Source of the DNA: an uncultured Alphaproteobacteria bacterium
GTDB taxonomy: Bacteria; Pseudomonadota; Alphaproteobacteria; Caulobacterales; Parvularculaceae
Assembly: GCA_963765165.1 (NCBI GenBank)
Contig: CAVXVQ010000026.1
Span: 85,636-149,635 of the forward strand
Direction: 5' to 3'
DNA length: 64,000 bases
The translations under genes and the position numbers were made by a program. This document shows, one piece after another, positions 56,606 to 64,000 of this stretch. The notes under the pieces were generated by a model. It was not told where the DNA came from. It made no database searches and saw nothing but the letters and a program-made list of their open reading frames with translations. Within the stretch, counting starts at the first letter, position 1. Each line of letters begins with the position of its first letter.

Positions 56606-57601
56606 TCAGGCCCCCGCGAAATGCTTGCGAGGCGACTGCGCCTCGCCCGCGCTCCAGCGCTTGACGAACTCTTCAAGCTCCCGGTCGCCGCCTTCGGGAA
56701 GAACGATCTTCAATTTTACATATTGATCGCCGGCTGGCGCGCCCTCGCGCGCGACGCCGCGGCCCTTCAAGCGCAAGACCGCGCCCGAGCTCGTGTTCTT
56801 CGGCACCGAGATCGACACGTCGCCCGCGATCGTCGGCGCGGTGATCTTGCCGCCGAGGACCGCCTCTTTGAGCGTGATCGGCGCATCGATATGAATGTCG
56901 TCGCCGTCGCGCTCGAAGAGCGAATGCGGCTTCACCGCGATCTCGACATAGACGTCGCCGGCGCCGCCGCCGCCGATGCCGGATTCGCCCTGCGCTTTAA
57001 GGCGCAGGGTCTGTCCTTGCGCAACGCCGGCCGGGATCGCGATATCGAGCGTCTTGCCGTCCGCCATGGTGACGCGCTTTTTCGCGCCGCAGGCGGCGTC
57101 GAGAAAGTCGACTTCCAGCCCGTATTTGACGTCGCGCCCGCGAAATTGCGCGCCGGCGGCGCCAGCGCTTGCGCCTGCATGGGCGCCGGCGGCCGAATGC
57201 CCGCCAGATCGGCCACGCCCGAAAAGGTCGGCGAAAATATCGCCGAGATCGTCAAAATCGCCCTTGTTGGCGAAGCCGCCGGAATAGGCGGCGCCGCCCG
57301 GGCCGTAGGCGCCGGCGCCTGCGCCTTGTCCGCCCGCGCCGGGAGACCACTGGCGCGAGGGATGGGCGGCGCGCTCGCGGCCTTGTTCGTCAAGCTCGCC
57401 GCGGTCGTATTTCTTGCGGCGGTCGGCGTCGCCGACGATGTCGAAGGCGGAGGAGACTTCCTTGAATTTCTCCTCGGAGGCCTTGTCGTCCTTGTTGCGG
57501 TCGGGATGGAATTTTTTCGCAAGGTTGCGGAACGCGGCGCGGATTTCCGCGTCGGACGCCGACGACGGCACGCCGAGCACGCTGTAAGGATTTCTCGCCA
57601 A
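56606..57601 (-). CDS. DnaJ class B (CbpA-like) co-chaperone
   Basis: J-domain with HPD, G/F-rich region, DnaJ C-terminal domain, no Zn finger. Confidence 0.92.
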   Translation of the reverse strand: MARNPYSVLGVPSSASDAEIRAAFRNLAKKFHPDRNKDDKASEEKFKEVSSAFDIVGDADRRKKYDRGELDEQGRERAAHPSRQWSPGAGGQGAGAGAYGPGGAAYSGGFANKGDFDDLGDIFADLFGRGRSGGHSAAGAHAGASAGAAGAQFRGRDVKYGLEVDFLDAACGAKKRVTMADGKTLDIAIPAGVAQGQTLRLKAQGESGIGGGGAGDVYVEIAVKPHSLFERDGDDIHIDAPITLKEAVLGGKITAPTIAGDVSISVPKNTSSGAVLRLKGRGVAREGAPAGDQYVKLKIVLPEGGDRELEEFVKRWSAGEAQSPRKHFAGA

Positions 57602-57720
57602 GGTCTACCGGGCTCCTTCCGGCCGCAAAACGACGCTCACGGGGTCGAGGCCCCATGAGGTAGATAGGCGATCCTGACACAAAATGAAGGGAACACGGTT
57701 AATTTTGGGGGGCGAAACCA

Positions 57721-58263
57721 TCAGCGCCGGCTCTTTGCCCAGGCGGACCAATCAACCTGCTCGCTGGCGACTTCGACCAGGGCGTCCGGCGCCGCGTTAT
57801 CAAGGAAGACGACGAGGTTGGCGCACTCATAGCGCGCGCTCGGAGCGATCAACCCGTCATAGCCAAGGAACGCGGCGGCGGCGCCGATTTCCTGCGTCCT
57901 TGGATAGAGGATCTCGCGGTACCGGCTCATCTCGACGCCGAGCGCAGCGAGTTGCTCGATGTCGAGGAGTTGAAGCGCCTTTGGCAGCGTCGCGCCGAGC
58001 TTCCAGAGGACATGCCTCATCCGAGACGGAAAGACCGGCTGGCCGCGGCTCAAGTGAAAATGAACCTCGGATAGCGCGCCGTCGCGCTCTTCGGAGCCAT
58101 AAAGCACCGACAAATCCGAGGGATTCCATCGTCCTGCGCCGCGCGATCCGTCGGCCGGCGACCGACCCTCCCGCACGACGCGCCAGACCGTTCGGTCGTA
58201 AAGGGCGGGCGCGATCTTGCTGATCGCGTCGAGAAGGCGGTCGTCAAGCGGGCGGCGCTCCAT
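57721..58263 (-). CDS. RES-domain toxin (NAD+ phosphorylase family)
   Basis: VWRV, GRWN, LY...ALSE, GYDGLIAPSAR. Confidence 0.88.
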   Translation of the reverse strand: MERRPLDDRLLDAISKIAPALYDRTVWRVVREGRSPADGSRGAGRWNPSDLSVLYGSEERDGALSEVHFHLSRGQPVFPSRMRHVLWKLGATLPKALQLLDIEQLAALGVEMSRYREILYPRTQEIGAAAAFLGYDGLIAPSARYECANLVVFLDNAAPDALVEVASEQVDWSAWAKSRR

Positions 58264-58272
58264 CACCATTCA

Positions 58273-58382
58273 CCGCTCATCCCGGCGCAAGCCGGGATCC
58301 AGAAAAGCGCCCTTCGCAAGGGATGGCGAATTCAAGTCTGTATAAGGAAGAACTGGATCCCGGCTTGCGCCGGGATGAGCGG
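58273..58382. repeat. 30-bp perfect inverted-repeat element between antitoxin and toxin
   Basis: CCGCTCATCCCGGCGCAAGCCGGGATCCAG (58273-58302) and its reverse complement (58353-58382). Confidence 0.93.
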
Positions 58383-58415
58383 AGGAAAGGGTCGAGCGCT
58401 CGAAATAGAACCGGT

Positions 58416-58772
58416 TCAAAGATAAACGCCCGCGTCGAGCCGCTCGATCACTTCAAGGACTTCAGCCGTCCGTCCACTGACGATAAGATCGTAAGGCCGC
58501 GCGCCGACAAGCTGCGGATGCGCCGATTGCAGCCAGAGGCGCGCCTCATCTGGCTCGTAGAAATCGGAAAGCCGCTCGGCGACCCATCGCAGCTCGGCGA
58601 TGATCTGCTGCTTCTCGATCGTCGGCCCGCTTTCGCCGCTCTGCCAACGCGACACGGTCGGCGGCGACACGCCGAGAATGTTGGCGATGTCGCGGCCGGT
58701 AAGACCCCCGCGCTGGCGGAGGTCGTCCAAAAGCCGGGAAACGGCGGTTTTCTGAGCAATTGCGGCGGACAT
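58416..58772 (-). CDS. Xre/MbcA/ParS-type antitoxin
   Basis: HTH IANILGVSPPTVSRW; C-terminal ARLWLQSAHPQLVGARPYDLI. Confidence 0.9.
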   Translation of the reverse strand: MSAAIAQKTAVSRLLDDLRQRGGLTGRDIANILGVSPPTVSRWQSGESGPTIEKQQIIAELRWVAERLSDFYEPDEARLWLQSAHPQLVGARPYDLIVSGRTAEVLEVIERLDAGVYL

Positions 58773-58792
58773 AGGGGTTTTCTCCGACCCTC

Positions 58793-58821
58793 AAGTTACG
58801 TATTGATTTTATAACTGTCAA
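58793..58821 (-). promoter_or_regulatory. Sigma70 promoter of the TA operon with an overlapping inverted repeat
   Basis: - strand TTGACA-N17-TAACTT; AGTTA-N13-TAACT palindrome lies across it. Confidence 0.7.
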
Positions 58822-58908
58822 GGTATGAAACTCATTTACAACCATTGGCCTGGCCCTTTTGTGCGAAGCCCGACAGCGCGAAGCGGCTTCAGGCTGAGGT
58901 CGGGGGTC

Positions 58909-61211
58909 CTAAACATTGACCTCCCCCCAGCCTCCGACCCCCACCAGATCCGAGATTTGCGCGACTTTGACGTTGAGCGGCGGGCGTCCGCTTGGGTAAG
59001 CCGACGGCGGGAAATCCGCCGCCAGCATCACCGCCAGATAGGTGAACGCCGCGCTTGAAACCTCCGCTGTCCGGATAAGCGCGGCGTTCGCCCAGATCTC
59101 GACGCGGTAGCGCTCGAAGGCCTCGCTCAAGGGAACGTCCTCGCCGGCCCAGCTGAATCGCCGCCTTTGCGCGTTCTGCGCTTCCAGCTGACGAGGAGAT
59201 CGCCCTCCGCCGTTTCGACGGCGAGGAGATGGACGGGCGAAAGCGGTTTAACCCCCGCGCGTCGGCCGTGAAGGTCTTTGTACGGAATGTTTCTTCGCTC
59301 GGGTGGTCGTCGGCGGGCCCCGCGGACCAGTCGAAGGAAATCCCGCGAAGATCGAACGGCGCCTCGGCCTGCACGACCGCGGCGGTGAGGAGAACGAAGC
59401 GCGCGCCGGCGCCGGCGCCCGCGGCGGCTTGCTTTTCCGTGCCGTTCTGGCCGCGAAGGAGCCCTTTCAGACTCCAGACGCCGTCCGGCCCGAGCGTCGC
59501 GTCGCGGAATTGCAGGACCTCGAAGCCCTCGGCGGTTTCGATCGCGGCGGCGTTGGCGCCGGCGAAGACTTCCTCCGGCTCGCGCGAGGCGAGCGCGCCG
59601 AAGGAGAGCCGCACACGGATTTCCCGCTCGTCCCATCGCCCGGAAACGCCGGGCGCCATCGCTGCATCGAGCGTTCCGATCACCGCGCGCTGCGTCGCGG
59701 TTGCGGCGAGCGCGGTCCCGTTCCGGTAAAGCGCGACCGCGCCCGGCCAGGGATCGGCGTAGACGGCAAGATAGGGCGCCGCCGGATCGTCGTCGTCCCG
59801 AAGGAGCGGCAGGTTCATCAACTCAAAGGCCGGACGCCCGAATTGCGGCGCGGCGGCGGGCGTCTTGAACCCTCCGGTAGCGATCGGCGCCTCATAGACG
59901 GCCGGCGACACGCGGACGGCCTCGACTTTGCGCGCGAGGCCGTCGGTGATCTGCACAATGCGGAAGTCGCGGGAGACGGAGTCCAAGATCGAGCGTGATC
60001 GCGTCGCCGGGTTCGAGCATCGCGCGCGACGGCGGGAGCGCAAAAATCACTGTCTCGCGCATCACGCCGGCGTCGGCGAGAATGGAGCGCGCCCGCGCCG
60101 CCGCGCTCGCTTCATCCATCACGGCCGGGAGTTCGAGCCCGATTTCGCGGATATCGTCCGCATAAGGACTGCGCGCCTCGGCGAGCGCCGGGAGATAGTC
60201 GCCGCCCTCGTCGATATAGCCGAGACGAACGGCGGTCGGCAGGTCCGATTTCTGGCCGACGGTGAGCGCGAAGGCGCCGCCGCCCTTATCGCCGCCTTCG
60301 TCGACGAGCGCGGCGCGGTCAATGAGCGCAAGGCTCGCCGCGCCGCGCGCCTGAAAGCGCAAGCCGTCCGCCGTTTCGACCATGTCGAACTGGAAGACGT
60401 CGGCGAGCGGATCGATCATCTGGCGCGGGGAAAGCGGCCGGTCGACGATGTAGCCCGCGAGCGAACCTTTGAGCGCCGACGCGTCGACCGCCGTCACGCC
60501 GCTTTCAGCGGCGAGCGCTTCGACGAGCGCGTCCAGGGGCGCGCGGGTCAGCCGCCCGTTCAGCCAGTGGCCCTTTTCCCAATTCGCGGCGTCGCCCCAA
60601 AGATCGGCGCGCGCCGGAAAATACGGCCAGGGCCGCGCATCGACCGCATAGACGTAAAGCCGGTCCGTCTTCGATCATCGGACCGCCGTCATGCGTCTCA
60701 TTATGCGTCCGCCAGTAATCGTGGACCGCTTCGAGCGCGCGCCGCTGGACGAGATCGTCGCGCGCGCCGTTTGAAAACGGCGGCAGCGCGGATTCCGAGG
60801 ATTTCGGATCGACGAAGACGTTCGGCGCGTTCGCCCCCTTGTCGACGGCGGGAACGCCGATTTCGGTGAAGCGGATCGGCTTTGATTTCGGAACCCACGC
60901 CGTCGCCGCCGCATTGCGCGTGAAAGTCGGGCGGTCATGATGCGCGTTCCGCCACCAGTTCCTGATGTCCTTGGCGCGCCAGACCCAGGGCTCGTCATAC
61001 GTCGCGTCAGTAATCGGCGTTCGAATTTGCGCGGCGCGGTCGGCCTCGCTCGCGTAATACCAGCTGTAATTCTCGCCGCCTTCGATATTCGCCGCGATAT
61101 AGGCGCGGTCATACTGGCTTTTGAAGCCCGCCTTGAGGTCGGCGTGATCGAACCCGTCGCGCCAGTCGGCGAGCGGGGGATAATAATCGACGCCGACGAA
61201 GTCGATCGAGG
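58909..61211 (-). pseudogene. GTA baseplate 'megatron' (g15-like), N-terminally truncated, several frameshifts
   Basis: IDFVGVDYYPPLADWRDG, EPWVWRAKD, GANAPNVFVDPKSSES, GHWLNGR, VYADPWPG, LLRGQNGTE, VAQISD. Confidence 0.88.
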
Positions 61212-61623
61212 CGTCCGACCACGCCGCGTGAAACTGGTGACCGCGCAGGCCATCGGGGTCTTCGGACGAAAAGACGTAGGCGACGGAGCCGTTCTTCGGA
61301 AAGACGAGGCGCCGGCGCGAAGGCTCGTAAGTCGGGCGCTCGGCGGGCGGGCCGATATGCGCGAGCCCGGAATTTCCCTCGATCATGACTTCCCTCCCGT
61401 CGGCGTAGGTTTCGGAGACGAGAGCGACGCGCGCGGGCTCTGTCCTTCTGCGGACGAAATCGCGCACCCATTCGGCCCCGGCGCGCGTTTTTCCGGCGCC
61501 GCGCCCGCCAATGAGGAGCCACAAGGTCCACTCGTCGCCGAGGGGCCATTTTTGGTGTAGGTGCGCGGAATGCTCATACCAGTCATGCTCCGGCACTCCC
61601 TCTTTCAGCAGCTTGCGCGCCAT
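61212..61623 (-). pseudogene. GTA large terminase, N-terminal ATPase part only, fused in frame to megatron
   Basis: WLLIGGRGAGKTRAGAEWV, REVMIEG, SSEDPDGLRGHQFHAAWSD, then an abrupt switch to megatron sequence. Confidence 0.88.
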
Positions 61624-61982
61624 CAGCTTGAGCACCGCCCTTAGTTCCGCCGCCTGATAATCCGTCGATGTAATTTGCGAACCGTCGGGCGAGTTCTTGT
61701 TCGTATCGGTCAAGATCGGCGTCGCTGACGCCTCCGCTGTTTTCATGCGCGGTTGTTTCCTTGCGTTTGCGGGCGGCGAGCGCATCGACTTCGGTCGCGA
61801 CTTCGAACCAGCGAAAGCGCGGTGCGCGCTGCGCGGTCAAACTCGACATTGTCTTCCGACTCGGTCGTGTCGATCGTCGCCAGCCGCTTGCGGGCGTTGA
61901 TCAGCGCAAGGTCAAAGATCGTCTGAACGACCGTTTCGGTCGTCGCGCTGAGTTCGATCGTCGCTTTGCGTTCTTCCGTCAT
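61583..61982 (-). CDS. Putative GTA small terminase (g1-like), frameshift near 61800
   Basis: MTEERK...FDRAARTALSLVR joined to VATEVDAL...DLDRYEQELARR; overlaps the large terminase start. Confidence 0.6.
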
Positions 61983-62039
61983 CGGCTCTTCGCCCTCGTG
62001 AAACTTCAAATTCGAGGGTGAGCCTAAGGGGGCTGCGAA

Positions 62040-62111
62040 GGTGTGGGATAAGTTGTGGGATAAGTAGGGGGATAAGGTGGGGGATAAATAGGGGGATAAG
62101 TAGGGGGATAA
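62040..62111 (-). promoter_or_regulatory. 6x 12-bp tandem DnaA-box-like repeat upstream of the GTA operon
   Basis: + strand ggtgtgggataa gttgtgggataa gtagggggataa ggtgggggataa atagggggataa gtagggggataa. Confidence 0.75.
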
Positions 62112-62300
62112 GTTTTTATTATCGCGCGGAATCAACGCGCTTCATGGTTAACGAAAAAAGGTTGGTTAACGAAAATTCGCGCCGGAAAAACGTAGCAGAA
62201 GATTCCATTTTTTGCAGCCGCCGGCAGGTATTCCGTAGACGGATGGTCAACCGGCGGATGAAATACGCGGCGCCGCCTTTCGCGACGGCGCTCGCGGCGA

Positions 62301-62556
62301 GAAACCCTCCCCGCCCTCCCTTTTCAAGGGAGGGAGAGAGAAGCGGCTTTCTTCCCTCCCTTGAAAAGGGAGGGCTTTCGAACCCGGCGTCGCAGACGCC
62401 GGTCTCGTTCGAAAGGGAGGGTTCGCTCCTGCGCGCTTCAATTTCAGATGTCGAAACTCGCGGCAAGAAACCCTCCCCGCCCTCCCTTTTCAAGGGAGGG
62501 AGAAGAAGGAAGGACGCCCCCGCATTCCCTCCCTTTCAAGGGAGGGAGAAGAAGGA
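62301..62556. repeat. Cluster of CCCTCCC-TTTTCAA-GGGAGGG hairpin repeats
   Basis: Copies at 62301-62337, 62354-62374 (inverted), 62464-62510, 62527-62556. Confidence 0.9.
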
Positions 62557-62558
62557 AA

Positions 62559-62969
62559 TTAATCCGTACCGCGCTCAAGTTTCAGCCGGCGCGCCTCCTC
62601 GATGATGCGCTCGACGACGCCGAGAGGATTTTCGTGCACGTCGCCGTTCCAGAACCGGAGCACTGACACGCCTTTCGTGTGCAGGAATGAGGTCCGCTCT
62701 CTGTCCTTCGCTTCGGCGCCCGCAACGCCGTGGCTGTCGCCATCGAGTTCGATCGCGAGCTTCACATCGGCGCAGTAAAAATCGACGATGAACGGTCCGA
62801 CCGGGTGCTGCCGGCGGAATTGAAGGCCGTCGGCCTGCTTTCCTCTGAGATGGAGCCACAGCTTTCGTTCGGCGGGCGTCGATTCGCGGCGAAGGCGCTG
62901 CGCTTTCCTGGTGGTCTCGCGGGTGACGGTGAACTGGTGCTGATAATAGGACACTGTCGCCCTCTTCAT
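62559..62969 (-). CDS. DUF559 (Vsr-like PD-(D/E)xK) endonuclease
   Basis: LRRESTPAERKLW, FRRQHPVGPFIVDFYC, IELDGDSH, VLRFWN. Confidence 0.92.
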   Translation of the reverse strand: MKRATVSYYQHQFTVTRETTRKAQRLRRESTPAERKLWLHLRGKQADGLQFRRQHPVGPFIVDFYCADVKLAIELDGDSHGVAGAEAKDRERTSFLHTKGVSVLRFWNGDVHENPLGVVERIIEEARRLKLERGTD

Positions 62970-63002
62970 TTCTCACTGCGACGGCGAGTCTGGCGCTTGC
63001 TT

Positions 63003-63049
63003 CAAGAAACCCTCCCCGCCCTCCCTTTTCAAGGGAGGGAGAAGAAGGA
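63003..63049. repeat. 47-bp copy identical to 62464-62510
   Basis: caagaaaccctccccgccctcccttttcaagggagggagaagaagga. Confidence 0.93.
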
Positions 63050-63127
63050 GCCGCTTGAATGCCCTCCCCCGAAAAGGGACGGTTCAGCTTTTTTCAACGA
63101 CTTCCGGACTCTCGGCTTGATCGACTG

Positions 63128-63403
63128 TCAGATCACACCCGTCGTCGGATCGATGACCTTGTCGATCTCGGAAATGCGGTCGAAGGGGATGCCGCTGATT
63201 TCGGAATGGCGCCGGATCGCATCCTCCAACTCCGCGAGATAGACGCAGAACGTCCGGTCGCCGGCGACGTAGGAATGCACCCATTGAACGGCGGGAAACA
63301 ATTCCGCGATGGCCGCGTTCGACGTCGCCGCAGCGCCGGAGAGCTCGCAGGGCGCCATCTTGCCGATATCGGGAATCGTCCGTTCGATGAGGTATTTTCT
63401 CAT
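63128..63403 (-). CDS. DUF4242 family protein
   Basis: YLIERTIP, VQWVHSYV..DRTFCVY, IRRHSEISG.P.DRISE. Confidence 0.85.
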   Translation of the reverse strand: MRKYLIERTIPDIGKMAPCELSGAAATSNAAIAELFPAVQWVHSYVAGDRTFCVYLAELEDAIRRHSEISGIPFDRISEIDKVIDPTTGVI

Positions 63404-63526
63404 GGGACCGGCCCCTCGCGCCATGCGGGCTCCGCAGCCCGTCATCGCCTGATCATCGCCCGATCATTGCCTACAAGGCAAGCCGGCGCCTATCATCGGG
63501 CGAACGGCCAAGGGTGCGGGCAAGGC

Positions 63527-64000
63527 ATGGCGGACGTCTTCATCTCTTACGCGCGCGAAGATCAGGCGCGGGTCGAGCCGATCGTAAGGGGGCTCGAAGC
63601 CGCCGGGATTTCCGTCTGGTGGGACCGCCAAATTCCGGGCGGCGCCGATTTCGTCATCGACACGGAAAAGGAGCTGACCGACGCCGCCGTCTGCGTCGCC
63701 TGCTGGGCGGTCCATTCGGTCGGGTCGCGCTGGGTAAGGGATGAGGCCTCGGCGGCGGCCGAACAGGGAAAGCTCATCCCCGTGCAGCTTGACGGCGAAC
63801 GCCCGCCATTGGGGCTTCGCCAGTATCAATGTCTCGATCTCGCCGCGTGGAACGGCGATCCGGCCGCGCCGGCCTTCGCCGCGCTCGTCGAAGCCGTCCG
63901 CCGGCGGATCAACAAGGCGCCGGCGGAAGCGGCGGCCGCGGAAGGATCGATCGCCGTCCTTCCTTTCGCCAACCTCTCGGGCGATACGACCTGCCAGAAT
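63527..64000 (+). CDS. TIR-domain protein with TolB-like SIAVLPF module (runs off window end)
   Basis: Manual translation: MADVFISYAREDQ...VWWDRQI...SRWVRDEA...LIPV...GSIAVLPFANLSGD. Confidence 0.88.
   Translation, partial: MADVFISYAREDQARVEPIVRGLEAAGISVWWDRQIPGGADFVIDTEKELTDAAVCVACWAVHSVGSRWVRDEASAAAEQGKLIPVQLDGERPPLGLRQYQCLDLAAWNGDPAAPAFAALVEAVRRRINKAPAEAAAAEGSIAVLPFANLSGDTTCQN

Noticed and set aside
58909-61982. Prophage
   Set aside because: There is no integrase, replication or repressor gene, GC is host-like, and the motifs are of RcGTA type.
62040-62111. The 12-mer array as a replication origin, iterons or CRISPR
   Set aside because: There are no spacers or cas genes, no rep/dnaA/hemE context and no long AT-rich unwinding region. 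A second copy precedes a holin-like gene.
61983-62135. N-terminal LSPY-repeat extension of ORF 61743..62135
   Set aside because: It is the translation of the DNA repeat. The same array is non-coding at 3030-3065, and a purine-rich SD-like stretch precedes the ATG at 61982.
62128-62143. IHF site (AATCAAcgcgCTT) in the GTA promoter
   Set aside because: It matches WATCAAN4TTR only partially, which is too weak to call.

Overview
High-GC alphaproteobacterial chromosome segment. Gene content and the permuted tmRNA suggest Caulobacterales/Parvularculales-like (inference). Most of it is housekeeping: Mla/MCE-type ABC operon, mreBCD-mrdA-rodA, miaA/serB, degP-hflCK, mrp, folA-thyA, tmRNA-sspB, rmuC, fumC, an ECF sigma cluster, glnE, a two-component system, a second DegP and a DnaJ-type protein. 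Many genes, including normally essential ones, carry single-base frameshifts, most likely long-read indel errors. The main signals are: (1) a gene transfer agent (GTA) head-tail locus in which the large-terminase N-terminus is fused in frame to the middle of the 'megatron' gene at a W-S-D microhomology, so the portal/capsid/tail core is missing; (2) phased 12-bp DnaA-box-like arrays found only upstream of that GTA operon and of a holin-like gene 59 kb away, a candidate GTA-regulon operator; (3) a DUF559 nuclease flanked by 47-bp hairpin direct repeats, plus several families of dispersed, sometimes nested palindromic elements; (4) a tRNA-Arg with a TCG anticodon; (5) several apparent pseudo-enzymes.
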